IMG/VR virus record: IMGVR_UViG_3300030334_000023
Span: 1-41,215 of that record
DNA: 41,215 nt
Direction: 5' to 3' (one strand)
Source of the DNA: a virus
Lineage: Duplodnaviria; Caudoviricetes
Shown here one piece after another: positions 9,257 to 18,406 of the stretch; the first letter of the stretch is position 1, and every line of letters begins with the position of its first letter. A program made the position numbers and the translations under genes. Below the pieces are notes generated by a model. It saw only the letters and a list, made by a program, of their open reading frames with translations. It was not told where the DNA came from and searched no databases.

Positions 9257-9900
9257 TATTTGCCCCCCAGAGCGCCTAGTACGCCACCAGCAGCTGCGCC
9301 CCATGGCCCGCCAATGCTGAATCCAGTAGCTGCGCCACTAAGCGCTCCACCCAGTGCGCCACTGCTGCTTTGCTGCCGCGCAGCCTGCTGGGCCAAAATA
9401 GATTGCCCCAGTGCCGTGCCCTGGTTGGCATACGCCTGCCCTGTCGCCGCAGCTTGCCCCGTGCGGATATTGGCAAGATTGCCGATGACGTTTGCGCCCT
9501 GCTCCTGCATGCCGCCCATCAGTCCGACTTGCTGCAGGTATTGCTGATTTAGCAGCTGCGGCGCAAGGCTGGCCAAGTTTGATTGCGTGTTGCCAGTGCG
9601 AAGCCCACCGGTTGCCGATGCGTTCTGCAGCAGCGACCCTTCGGCCTGTTGCAGTTGCTGCTGGTACAGGGGGGATTGCGACAGCGCTTGGATAGCTTGA
9701 TTCTGAGCGTCTGCCCCACCAAGGCCAATGAGCGTCCGATACTGGTCAAGCGCGCTTAAGCCAGCTTGCTGGTATGGAGCGTACTGCTCCTGCGCGTAAT
9801 CAAATGCAGCACGCTGTTCTGCAATCTGCTTATCCAGCGCGGCCAGCTGCGCTCGCCCAGCTTCTTTCGCTGAATCGTCACCACCTTTACCGCCGCCCAT
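9256..9900 (-). CDS. DNA ejection (transfer) protein, P22 gp7-like
   Basis: ATG at 9900 after GAGAGGTG; MGGGKGG start, APY..AG..AL, ASATGGLRTGNT motif, Gly-rich C-terminus. Confidence 0.8.
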   Translation of the reverse strand: MGGGKGGDDSAKEAGRAQLAALDKQIAEQRAAFDYAQEQYAPYQQAGLSALDQYRTLIGLGGADAQNQAIQALSQSPLYQQQLQQAEGSLLQNASATGGLRTGNTQSNLASLAPQLLNQQYLQQVGLMGGMQEQGANVIGNLANIRTGQAAATGQAYANQGTALGQSILAQQAARQQSSSGALGGALSGAATGFSIGGPWGAAAGGVLGALGGK

Positions 9901-10342
9901 AAGGTTCACCTCTCAATAGGCTAAAACACCACAAGTCCAATGGTTTGCCGTCTCGCCACGCGGCGCAGCGTGCCGTGCCTTCTTCGGTGAACCCCAGTTT
10001 TCGTACAAAGTTCCGTACTTGGGGCCAGAGTGACACAACCGACGTGCTAACCCGATGGACTGGCATGTTAAGAAATATCCAGTCGAGCACCATCTTAGCA
10101 AATTTCGGGCCAAGTCGCTTACTTTCTTCCGGCACGCACAAATGCACTTCAACATCGAAAAAGGTTTTTATGATGCACATGACGCAAGCAAAAGGCGTGC
10201 CATCTTTGTAGCCAACAAGATAAAAGGTATCTTTTTCGTCTCGCCAGCCGTAATAGCTGGAGGATCCGTAGCGATCTTGAACAAATCCGTCATCGTACAG
10301 GGCGCGGATGACGTTAGGATTCATGCACAGCTCGACGGTCAG
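9887..10342 (-). CDS. P22 gp14-like GNAT-fold virion assembly protein
   Basis: DVEVHLC..., FVRKLGFTEEG GNAT-like motif; gp14 gene position. Start uncertain (CTG 10342 or ATG 10324). Confidence 0.7.
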   Translation of the reverse strand: MTVELCMNPNVIRALYDDGFVQDRYGSSSYYGWRDEKDTFYLVGYKDGTPFACVMCIIKTFFDVEVHLCVPEESKRLGPKFAKMVLDWIFLNMPVHRVSTSVVSLWPQVRNFVRKLGFTEEGTARCAAWRDGKPLDLWCFSLLRGEPYGRR

Positions 10343-10593
10343 CCCTTGTTGATCCAGCCCGTCCGCTGCCGCTCTTGGATGTTCGCGTTGACCCATAAAT
10401 CCCCCGTGCTGAGGTCAATGTAAAGGCGTGACAGATTGGCAGTCACGCCCAGCGACTCCGGGGAGCCGTCTCCCGTCATTGTAGCCCGGTCGTCTATCTC
10501 TTGGGCCAGGCCCTCAAGGTAGCGAATCAGGCGCTCATCTTTTGTCAGGCGAGATAGGGAGTCGCGCTGTATCTTGTCGGTTTGGCTAGTCAC
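10339..10593 (-). CDS. short tail plug/needle protein (P22 gp26 position)
   Basis: 84 aa between gp10 and gp14 homologues; short helix, then GDGSPE..V.A..SRLYID..TG.LW..TGW. Confidence 0.55.
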   Translation of the reverse strand: MTSQTDKIQRDSLSRLTKDERLIRYLEGLAQEIDDRATMTGDGSPESLGVTANLSRLYIDLSTGDLWVNANIQERQRTGWINKG

Positions 10594-11989
10594 GCAGCTG
10601 CTCCACTTCGGCCTCTAGCCTGGATGGCGTAAACAGGGAGTCATTCACGACCCGGAAACGCGCCGTCATGGTCTTGTCTGCGCGACCGATCTTGCGCCAT
10701 ACGGGCGAGAAGCTGTGCAGGCCGCGCTTACCGCTCATGACCCAGCGTTCATTGCTGTACTCAACGCCGTTGCGACTGACCGCGATTGAAATCTTTGGAT
10801 TCACGACAACATCAGTCGCAGCGGGGATGCCGTGCAGCTCCATCTTGTGAACAATGAACCCGTTGCCGTCAACGAAGCTGAGCGGGGTAGAGAACTCACG
10901 GAACACCACTTCGCCGTATTCGGTGGCAACGGTGTTCAGCACCTCACATAGGCGCCCGGAAGTAGGATCGCCGCCAATCCACTTGCCGTATACGCGGACA
11001 GGCTGCGAGCAGCGCCACGGTGCATCACCCTCGCCTGCTGCCGTGCGCACGTGCCACAGGGGCAGGCTGGCAGCAGCAGATGCCCAGATGTCAAAAGCGA
11101 GCGTCTTGTCCGGCAGGTTGATAAGGACGAAATAACAGCCCTCGCTGCTGTATGAGTCGATGGTGATGGTGGCCAGCTGCTGGGGAGTGTATGCCTGCAA
11201 CTGTTTGTCAATCTCGTCGGTCGATACACGGCGAGCCGAACCAGCCGATCCGACATAGACACTTGGAGCCTCGTCACGCCCGCTGCCCACGAAAAACAGC
11301 CCGTCCTCCACCTCAATGGACGCATACCGGCCAACGCTGCCTTTGGTGATGACCGCGCCCTTGACGCGCTGGAACGGGAAGCCTGCGCCGCCTACGTTCT
11401 GGTAAATCTCGACAGTAGTTGATCCGACCGCGTGCAACTCGTTGCGCACGACCTCAAGCGACTGGATGGGGTCGCTGTCAATCTCGGCGCTGCCGAATTT
11501 GATCGGGTCAAATGTAGTCGGGTCCGACAGTTCGGCGGGGAAGATGAAATCGCCGTCAGTGAAGACAAAATAGCCGTCAAGGAATACAACGTCAGTCGCC
11601 AGCGCGAAGTTGGGATCAGTGATCTCGGTCAGCCCGCTGCCGGGCATGTAGTAGAATCCGCGCCCAGCAGTGACGATACAGAACCGATCAAAGCCGCGCG
11701 CGATAGATACGCGGCCAGCGCCTGGGATATATCCAAGGTCCGTGACGACGGCGTTAGGCGACACCTTGACCAGTCGGGAGCCGGACACGCGGTACAGCTC
11801 GCCCTGAAACTCCAGGCCGCCGCGATCATTGCCGGGCACCGGCGCGAACTCGACGAGGCCCGGCGTTGGGCGCAAGTACGCCTTGCTGATACCGTTCTGC
11901 ATGACGGCGGGGTAGTAGTTGACCGGGTACGACTGGCGGTAGTCAGCGCCTCTGACGTAGATGCCGGAAACGATGTTGACTTGGGTCAT
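10586..11989 (-). CDS. tail hub / packaged-DNA stabilisation protein, P22 gp10-like
   Basis: 467 aa; ADYRQSYPVN, YLRPTPGL, YRVSGSRLV, SAEIDSDPI motifs. Confidence 0.9.
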   Translation of the reverse strand: MTQVNIVSGIYVRGADYRQSYPVNYYPAVMQNGISKAYLRPTPGLVEFAPVPGNDRGGLEFQGELYRVSGSRLVKVSPNAVVTDLGYIPGAGRVSIARGFDRFCIVTAGRGFYYMPGSGLTEITDPNFALATDVVFLDGYFVFTDGDFIFPAELSDPTTFDPIKFGSAEIDSDPIQSLEVVRNELHAVGSTTVEIYQNVGGAGFPFQRVKGAVITKGSVGRYASIEVEDGLFFVGSGRDEAPSVYVGSAGSARRVSTDEIDKQLQAYTPQQLATITIDSYSSEGCYFVLINLPDKTLAFDIWASAAASLPLWHVRTAAGEGDAPWRCSQPVRVYGKWIGGDPTSGRLCEVLNTVATEYGEVVFREFSTPLSFVDGNGFIVHKMELHGIPAATDVVVNPKISIAVSRNGVEYSNERWVMSGKRGLHSFSPVWRKIGRADKTMTARFRVVNDSLFTPSRLEAEVEQLRD

Positions 11990-12120
11990 TATTTCTTACC
12001 TTTGCGCTTCCGCTTAGCGGCCTCTATTGCTCGGACCCGCCTGTCAGCATCGCTCTTGCGAGAATAAACCTTGCCTTTCTCGCCCCACTTGTAACCACCA
12101 CTGACTTTACGAGTTGGCAT
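11989..12120 (-). CDS. 43-aa highly basic protein (below the ORF-track cutoff)
   Basis: MPTRKVSGGYKWGEKGKVYSRKSDADRRVRAIEAAKRKRKGKK; TGATG overlap upstream and TAATG overlap downstream fill the gap exactly. Confidence 0.75.
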   Translation of the reverse strand: MPTRKVSGGYKWGEKGKVYSRKSDADRRVRAIEAAKRKRKGKK

Positions 12121-12719
12121 CAGAAGATCTCCTCGTACATGATGGTCAGCAGGAACAGGCTGTCACCTTGCGAAAGCGAGCTAATGACAAGCCAGAAGCC
12201 TTGACCGGCACCAACGCCAGAGCGCTCATCGCTTGGACTGTAGTTGTTGGTGTTTCTGTTTGAGTTGCCATCCGTCTTCACTACCGTCCCGTTGCGCGGC
12301 CAGTCGGTTGACGTAAAGATACCAGATCCCATCGCCCATTCAATGCTAACGCCGGTCGTAGGATGAACCGGCAAGCGCGAGTCAGCAAGGTTTCCGTTTA
12401 CCGGAGTGATGCGCGGCAACGGCGCAAGCGTGCCCGTGAACGTGACCTGTTCGTTGTCAGGAAAAACCAGATACTTGATGCCGCCCTGCCACACTTCTGG
12501 CCGGCGCGCGAAGACGTTGATTGCGTTCAAGCTGGTGAACTTGAGCACCAATTGTTGGCCAGTAGGCAGCGCAGGCACGGAAGCGCTAAATGCTCCGGAT
12601 GCCTCAAAGAAAAGGCGAAACTGCCTGTTCTCCTCAAAGCTGGTCTGCTGCTGGTCTACAGCAAATCGTCGGGTTCCTTGCTTGTCGCTGGTGAGCAAAT
12701 CCTTGATCAGGCCGAGCAT
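12120..12719 (-). CDS. hypothetical virion-module protein
   Basis: 199 aa beta-rich ORF tightly packed between gp4 and gp10 homologues. Confidence 0.65.
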   Translation of the reverse strand: MLGLIKDLLTSDKQGTRRFAVDQQQTSFEENRQFRLFFEASGAFSASVPALPTGQQLVLKFTSLNAINVFARRPEVWQGGIKYLVFPDNEQVTFTGTLAPLPRITPVNGNLADSRLPVHPTTGVSIEWAMGSGIFTSTDWPRNGTVVKTDGNSNRNTNNYSPSDERSGVGAGQGFWLVISSLSQGDSLFLLTIMYEEIF

Positions 12720-12721
12720 GA

Positions 12722-13069
12722 TCAGTACCGTTGCGCAGTTGCGCGGAAGCCTGTAGCTACGGTGACGCCAGCCAACGTGACACGGATCGAGACAGCCGGC
12801 CCTTCAAAGTAAGGCGTTGACCGAGTTGAAAGGTATGCGTCTGCGGCATTGAATGAGCCATTCAGCACGCTGTAGAAATTAACCCCGTCTGGCGACGCCT
12901 GCACCACAACCGTTCCCGCGCCCGGAGCAACATCATCGCCATTGTCGTCAAAGAAGCGGATGTTGACATAGGCTCGTTCATAGGCGGTGTCCATTTTCTC
13001 GCTGACGTAGTCGCCATCGACTACAGGGCCGGAAATGTCAAAGCTGCCAGGGATGCGGTTTGTGCTCAT
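12722..13069 (-). CDS. hypothetical virion-module protein (small beta-sandwich)
   Basis: 115 aa; ATGA overlap with gp4; AGTVVVQASPDGVNF strand pattern. Confidence 0.65.
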   Translation of the reverse strand: MSTNRIPGSFDISGPVVDGDYVSEKMDTAYERAYVNIRFFDDNGDDVAPGAGTVVVQASPDGVNFYSVLNGSFNAADAYLSTRSTPYFEGPAVSIRVTLAGVTVATGFRATAQRY

Positions 13070-13554
13070 ACGTCCAAGTCCTCAAGTGGCCCGCCGTTCT
13101 CTACGTCGAGCTTATCCTGTTCAAGGTAATAGCGGGAGCGGTAGCCACGATCCCGGTTTGTGTTACCAGAGCCTCGCGGCATCCGGCGCGGGTACTTCAC
13201 GGTCGGAATGTAGGCGGTTGCGGTCATCAGGCGGGACAGGGATTGGGATGCCCCGGCGACTACGGCGCCAGACGGCTCTTTCCCGTACTCAGGCGCAATG
13301 CGGATAGCCAGGTTGTACACGATGGCATTGCGCGAAAAGTCGGGGATGCCCGCATCGTCTGAGCCGTCAGCCTCTTCCGGGGTGTTGGCGAGGTGGTAGC
13401 CAACGCGGATACCTTGCCCGTCCCATTCGGCCATCATAGCCTCAAGCTCGACAAGCCCGCTTTCAGACTCGGACGGGTCGACCTCGTAGTCAAACCCGGT
13501 TACGGCCAGCTTCTTTAGGGCTTGGCGTACCAGATCATTCTTGGTCGTCGTCAT
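13066..13554 (-). CDS. head-tail adaptor, P22 gp4-like
   Basis: TKNDLVRQALKKL, LEAMMAEW..GI..GY, NLAIRIAPEYG, MPRGSGN motifs. Confidence 0.9.
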   Translation of the reverse strand: MTTTKNDLVRQALKKLAVTGFDYEVDPSESESGLVELEAMMAEWDGQGIRVGYHLANTPEEADGSDDAGIPDFSRNAIVYNLAIRIAPEYGKEPSGAVVAGASQSLSRLMTATAYIPTVKYPRRMPRGSGNTNRDRGYRSRYYLEQDKLDVENGGPLEDLDV

Positions 13555-13744
13555 TCGTCACCGCCTTTGGCTTGCGGCCACGTCGCTTAGGCTCTTCGGT
13601 TGGCGTGTCGCTGTCAAAGTCGCGGGGCGAGCGATACCAGCCGGAAGACAGGTAGCCGTCAACGTGCTCGTCTTCAACGTCTTTCCAGTCGCAGTTAACA
13701 CCCCAGACGGTCTCCATGTTGCCTGGCTTGTATAGCTTTCGCAT
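13535..13744 (-). CDS. small conserved protein downstream of coat gene
   Basis: ATG at 13744 after GGAGG; LYKPG..VWG..V...YL..GW..SP and basic PKRRGRKPK tail as in P22-like phages. Confidence 0.75.
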   Translation of the reverse strand: MRKLYKPGNMETVWGVNCDWKDVEDEHVDGYLSSGWYRSPRDFDSDTPTEEPKRRGRKPKAVTNDDDQE

Positions 13745-13769
13745 ATTTTCCTCCGATTGGCATACTTTA

Positions 13770-13778
13770 AGCATACCA
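13770..13778 (-). promoter_or_regulatory. extended -10 promoter restarting transcription after the coat terminator
   Basis: TGGTATGCT immediately downstream of the terminator U-tract. Confidence 0.45.
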
Positions 13779-13779
13779 T

Positions 13780-13804
13780 AAAAAAGGCGGGCTATATGCC
13801 CGCC
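13780..13804 (-). terminator. intrinsic terminator after major capsid gene
   Basis: GGCGGGC-ATATA-GCCCGCC hairpin followed by T6 on the minus strand. Confidence 0.85.
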
Positions 13805-13823
13805 AATTCAGTGCAGCGTGTTG

Positions 13824-15089
13824 TCAGGCCAGAATGGCGATACCGTTAGCGTCGGGACGCTTGTTGCATAGGCCGTACCAAGTGAACAGGCGGCATTTCA
13901 GGCTAAAATCATCAATGCTGCCCTGATATGCCATGTACAGCTTGGTGCCGCTTGTCAGAGTGGTTTCCATGACCTCCATGCCGTCGAGCTGACCCAGGTA
14001 AGACAGCGGGGCCGAGCCACCGATAATCTCAATGGAGTCATTTGCCCAGAAAGCGTTGGTCTGCGCCAAAGTATCGGTATTCAGTCGAACAACAGCGGTT
14101 CCGCTGGTGATCTGCGTGGCGATATTGGCATAGGCCTTCTCGGCATCAGACAGGGCCGCATCGTTGAGCGCGATTGGCTTCGGATACACGCTGATGGTGT
14201 CTGTGCTGATACCCACGATGGTGAACGTCATGTCCTGACCAGTGTTGGTCTTGTCCAGCAGGCCAACAGCCTTCACGCCGGAGAAGGAGATACGGTCGCC
14301 GACATTAAAGTCTGCGCCGTCGCCCGCACCAAGAACCACGGTACCCACCCGGTAGTCTACGTTGACATTCACGCCACCAACAGTAGTCAGGCCCTCCGGC
14401 TTGAGTGACACGGTAGTCGCCACTACTGCGCCTGCCGGGGTTGCGCCGCCGGCCAGCGTAGGCAGGTAGGACGAGCGGTACACGTCGAAGCCTGCAACAT
14501 CCTTGCCGACCATCGAGCGGGCGTAAGCGCCTTCGGGGCGGCCAGACAGGGTGCCACGGTTCGCCAGGTCTGATGCAATTTGCTGATGGTCGCGCGGATT
14601 CAGGAAGAACGATCGGCCAGTCATGCTTGCCACTTGGCGCTCATCCATGATGGCTTCCGGGGTGGCCAGGAAGTCATAACCTGCGGTGCTCGTGCGACTG
14701 AACAGGGAGCCGGTAGATGCCACCAAGTTGGCGATGCGCTGGTTCTGATCGGCAGACAGCTTTTTCGCGGCTGCGCGGCTGCGGCGCTCCATGAAGCGGC
14801 GATCACGGAAGTCGTCGGCGCGCAAGCCAAACGCATCGTTGCGCGGGTCTTCGAGCTGGCAGGGATAGTACTGCTCAATGACGTTCCCGAACTTGCCGGT
14901 CATGTCCCAGCCAGACTTGACGGGTGCGTGCTGCTCGACGGGACGCCAGATGATGTTGCTGGAGTTCTGCATGGTTGCCGGATCGACATCATAGCTGTCG
15001 GTCAGGGTCGCCATCTGGAACTCTTCGTCCATCAGGTCAGTGACCTGATCGAACATAACGCGAACTTCTTTTGCTGTATTCAAAGCCAT
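13824..15089 (-). CDS. major capsid protein, P22 gp5-like
   Basis: 421 aa; MQNSSNIIWRPVEQ, LRADDFRD, VAGFD, AFWANDSIEI motifs; position after scaffold. Confidence 0.9.
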   Translation of the reverse strand: MALNTAKEVRVMFDQVTDLMDEEFQMATLTDSYDVDPATMQNSSNIIWRPVEQHAPVKSGWDMTGKFGNVIEQYYPCQLEDPRNDAFGLRADDFRDRRFMERRSRAAAKKLSADQNQRIANLVASTGSLFSRTSTAGYDFLATPEAIMDERQVASMTGRSFFLNPRDHQQIASDLANRGTLSGRPEGAYARSMVGKDVAGFDVYRSSYLPTLAGGATPAGAVVATTVSLKPEGLTTVGGVNVNVDYRVGTVVLGAGDGADFNVGDRISFSGVKAVGLLDKTNTGQDMTFTIVGISTDTISVYPKPIALNDAALSDAEKAYANIATQITSGTAVVRLNTDTLAQTNAFWANDSIEIIGGSAPLSYLGQLDGMEVMETTLTSGTKLYMAYQGSIDDFSLKCRLFTWYGLCNKRPDANGIAILA

Positions 15090-15104
15090 GGTGGCCTCCA
15101 GTAT

Positions 15105-16061
15105 TTACGCGAAACCGTGCTTGCGCAGCAGCTCGACTTTGCCAGCGGCAACCAACTGGGATTTCAGCTTACGGAACTCTGTTCGGTCTGGTCGGTTATT
15201 TAGCTTCTCCAGACGCTTCAGGATCGCCCCTTCGCTTGCCCCATTCTTGCCGCCTAAAGCCTCGTCTGCTGGCGGTGCTTGGCTGATTTTCTTTTTCGCA
15301 GGCTGGTGCGACAGCTTGGCCTGCAGTTGACCCAGCTTCACCATTGCGCGCATACCGCTCGGGTCTGCTTGCAGCGTTGCAACAAGGTCGCTCAGTTTGT
15401 CAGGGTTGCGGCCAAGGAAGTACGTAACCTTCTCGGAGCCTTCACCCAAATGAGCAATCATTAAATCCGTAACCGACACGTCCTGAGACAGCTGATCGAG
15501 CGTCTCGCGTACCGTCCGTTCCGCCGACTCATAATCGTGGACCTTCAGGCTTGCCGCGCGCTCATAGTGCTTGTCAATCTCTGCCTCTTGTGCCTGCTTC
15601 TGAGCATTTCGAGCCTGTTCCTGCGCCAGCTGTTGGTTGTACGACTGCAGCTGTGCCTTGGTTTGCTCTTGATGCCAGGCTGCTAGAGCTTGCTGGTACT
15701 TGGCCTCGTCATAATCGACAGATTCCAGCGTTGGCATCGCTGCCGGTTGCTGGGGTTTGCCACCGTTCATGACCTGCTTTCGTAGCAGTTCAACCTCTTC
15801 TTTCAGCCTTGCCGCCTCGTCCCGGCTTTCCCGGCGCGATGCGCGGAGGTCGGCCAGCTTCTTGGCGGGAAGCGTTACAGACTTCTGTTTCTGCTCTTGC
15901 GATGCCTGTTCATCGCCCTCTAGTACAATTTCGTACTCTTCTGGCTCTTGCGCTTCGGGTTCTGATTCGGAGCCTTCCTGCTCTTCTTCTTCGCCGGTTT
16001 CGCCTTCGAGTTCCGCATCATCTAGGGTCTCGTCTTCCAGGGTAAATTCTTCATCAGCCAC
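15105..16061 (-). CDS. scaffolding protein
   Basis: Acidic N-terminus, PTLESVDYDEAKY motif, coiled coil, basic C-terminal helix; upstream of coat gene. Confidence 0.85.
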   Translation of the reverse strand: MADEEFTLEDETLDDAELEGETGEEEEQEGSESEPEAQEPEEYEIVLEGDEQASQEQKQKSVTLPAKKLADLRASRRESRDEAARLKEEVELLRKQVMNGGKPQQPAAMPTLESVDYDEAKYQQALAAWHQEQTKAQLQSYNQQLAQEQARNAQKQAQEAEIDKHYERAASLKVHDYESAERTVRETLDQLSQDVSVTDLMIAHLGEGSEKVTYFLGRNPDKLSDLVATLQADPSGMRAMVKLGQLQAKLSHQPAKKKISQAPPADEALGGKNGASEGAILKRLEKLNNRPDRTEFRKLKSQLVAAGKVELLRKHGFA

Positions 16062-16128
16062 GTTTTGTATCTCCGCACGTGTTGCGTATTTTGGGGCCGC
16101 GCTTTAAGTCCGCGTAGACTTGGCTCAA

Positions 16129-16157
16129 ATGTTGGCACGGGTTTTGCTGGAAGTCAA
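16129..16157 (-). promoter_or_regulatory. sigma70-like promoter for scaffold-coat
   Basis: TTGACT-17 nt-CAACAT with TG extension. Confidence 0.5.
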
Positions 16158-16162
16158 GCGGG

Positions 16163-16205
16163 GCGACGAACGGTAGTTGTGCCCTCCGGGCTGGCGGTGC
16201 AATAT
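16163..16205 (+). promoter_or_regulatory. AlgR-like box promoter (copy 1)
   Basis: GCGACGAACGGTAG, 23 nt, CAATAT; then ACCAACACGGAGG RBS. Confidence 0.65.
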
Positions 16206-16232
16206 CAGCACACCAACACGGAGGAAATAGCC

Positions 16233-16376
16233 ATGAGTGAAGATCGCAAAGAATATATCCGCTTAGCGGTAAAGCAGTTTGGTCGCGAAATGACAGAGGA
16301 CCAGATTATCTGCATGGACTGGGCAAGCGACTACAAGACCGCAAGCCGCATGGTTGACAAGGCCCTGTCGGACTAA
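16233..16376 (+). CDS. 47-aa protein in opposite orientation inside the head module
   Basis: ATG at 16233 after GGAGG; MSEDRKEYIRLAVKQFGREMTEDQIICMDWASDYKTASRMVDKALSD; stop overlaps the portal stop. Confidence 0.7.
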   Translation: MSEDRKEYIRLAVKQFGREMTEDQIICMDWASDYKTASRMVDKALSD

Positions 16377-18406
16377 GCCCGCTCCACCCCGCCACCACGC
16401 AAAGCCTGAGCCAGACGGAGCGCAGAGTCCAGCTCTTGCGCATTCGTGCTGGCCAATATCTCGGCAGTCTCTGCCCGCGCCTTCTCGGTCTCTGCAGAAG
16501 CACGCATCGCGTCAGCCTGGTACTTGATACCCATTGACTCATCTTTTGTGGCCTGAGCCATGAGCGCGGCAAGTGTGGCCTGAGCTGTCGGGTCGGGCTG
16601 CTGGGCGCTCTGCTGGAGCTGCTGCATGTAGGCTTCTTCCTCCTCGTTTTCAGGCTCCTTGATGCCCATCTGTAGCAGCTGGCGGTTGGCGTACTTGCGC
16701 AGCATTTCCATTTGCGCGCCTTCCTGCATGGACAGGTACTGCATCAACAGAATCTGCTGCGTCTGCGGGTCGGGCGCAGACCGGTACAGCTCCAGAAGCT
16801 CAGAGCGCGCCTGCTGCTTCTGACTCTGATAGGACGGACCAACGTCGACATAAACATCGAAGCTGCCGCGCGTCAGATCGTTCAGTGTCACGACTTCGCC
16901 GGTCGCCATGTCCATGACTTCTTCCAGAATGCCAACGCTTGTCTCGTTGCCGTCCAAGCCTGTCATGGTTAGCTCTTGCGGCGTGTCGTAAATCTCGCGG
17001 GCCATCGACTGGTAAATCTCGCCGTCGCGGCGCATGGCGTTTGACAGGTTGTCCATGTAGACAAAGGACTGCATGTCGATACGCGACTGGACGGCCAATA
17101 TAGCCTTGCCGCTGGCTTCCGGGTCTTGCACGTCCTGCGGCATGCCGGGACTGGTTACGTCCTCGACGTTGCGGCGAGTCAAGTCCAGCAGTGCAGCGGT
17201 CGCCTGCGGAATCTGCTCTGGCTCGATGTACGACATAGGCCCAACGGGCAGCTCTTCCCCTGATACGCTCTTGCGGTTCATCAGGTAGTAGGGGTAGGCG
17301 TTATTGCCCTGCTCCCACATATGCTCGAAGCCCTGCACCTGCTCAGGCGCAAAGATCGGTTTGCGGCGCGGACCCTTGGCGGCAATGTCGGCCAGGTAGC
17401 TCATCTGCATGTTGTAGAGGCGCTGCGGGTCTTTGGCCAAGCGCGTGATGCCTTCCCACGTCTCGACGCCTTCCACATAGAACCATTCGCCATACACAGG
17501 AACAACGGGGATATGCTCGCCCGCGATCCGCTCTGGACCCATGAGGATGGTGGAGCCGGACACGATGTACTTCTCGACCTTGAATCGCTCGCGGGTCTTC
17601 TGGCCGATAACGCGCCAGCCTGCGGCGATCATGTCGTCAATGACTTCCTTGATCTCGGATCGCTTGTAGACCGCTTCACCATTGATCGGGTGATCCATGA
17701 TGACCAGCTTTTCTTTGAATTTGGTCCGCTCATAGTACTCGCCCACGTTGTATTCGTTGGCGACGTCGCCATATGACCACGGGAACGTGTAGCTTGTTTG
17801 CGGCGTACCATAGTTTGCGGTCAGATCAGCATCAAAGCCTAGCTCATCGGCCAGCGCCTGATAGCCCTCTTTGGTGTATGACGTGATGATAGAGACCCAA
17901 GCGGCGTCGCTCTTATCCATGCGCTTGGCGTTAGGGTCAAAGAAGACAACGTTGTTCGCCTCATGGATGGGCACGCGTCGGATAACCTGTCGGTTGTCCA
18001 TGTCGTCGCCGTTGTTGATGTACTCGGTAACGAGTCGCCAGGCGCCCATGCCGCAGTCGATCTGATCCCCTACGGCAACGTCAACCGCTTCCTTGCTGCG
18101 ATTGTTGCGCATATCTGTTCGGTATATACCGTTAAGAATGTCGGCGGCATCAGGGTCTGCGCCGTCGAGCGGTCGGAAGTTGACCTGAATCGGGTTGGCG
18201 CGCATTTCCGAAATTAGGCGGCGGCGCTCACGGCGGATCAGGTTGAACTCGCCGCGGTATTCGGTGCCGACAAAGTCAAGCACCGTGTCATCCCACTGGG
18301 TCAGTCGAGAAAACAGCAAGTCATCTGCGGATCGCTCACGGACGTGCTGACCTGCGGTATAGGCGGCGTCGTGCCGGTCCATAATAGTCTGATGCTTGTC
18401 TGTCAT
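16373..18406 (-). CDS. portal protein, P22 gp1-like
   Basis: 677 aa; QWDD..YRGEFN, FFDPNAKRMDKSDA, IAGEHIPVVPVYGEW, KDPQRLYNM, DVGPSYQSQKQ motifs. Confidence 0.93.
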   Translation of the reverse strand: MTDKHQTIMDRHDAAYTAGQHVRERSADDLLFSRLTQWDDTVLDFVGTEYRGEFNLIRRERRRLISEMRANPIQVNFRPLDGADPDAADILNGIYRTDMRNNRSKEAVDVAVGDQIDCGMGAWRLVTEYINNGDDMDNRQVIRRVPIHEANNVVFFDPNAKRMDKSDAAWVSIITSYTKEGYQALADELGFDADLTANYGTPQTSYTFPWSYGDVANEYNVGEYYERTKFKEKLVIMDHPINGEAVYKRSEIKEVIDDMIAAGWRVIGQKTRERFKVEKYIVSGSTILMGPERIAGEHIPVVPVYGEWFYVEGVETWEGITRLAKDPQRLYNMQMSYLADIAAKGPRRKPIFAPEQVQGFEHMWEQGNNAYPYYLMNRKSVSGEELPVGPMSYIEPEQIPQATAALLDLTRRNVEDVTSPGMPQDVQDPEASGKAILAVQSRIDMQSFVYMDNLSNAMRRDGEIYQSMAREIYDTPQELTMTGLDGNETSVGILEEVMDMATGEVVTLNDLTRGSFDVYVDVGPSYQSQKQQARSELLELYRSAPDPQTQQILLMQYLSMQEGAQMEMLRKYANRQLLQMGIKEPENEEEEAYMQQLQQSAQQPDPTAQATLAALMAQATKDESMGIKYQADAMRASAETEKARAETAEILASTNAQELDSALRLAQALRGGGVERA

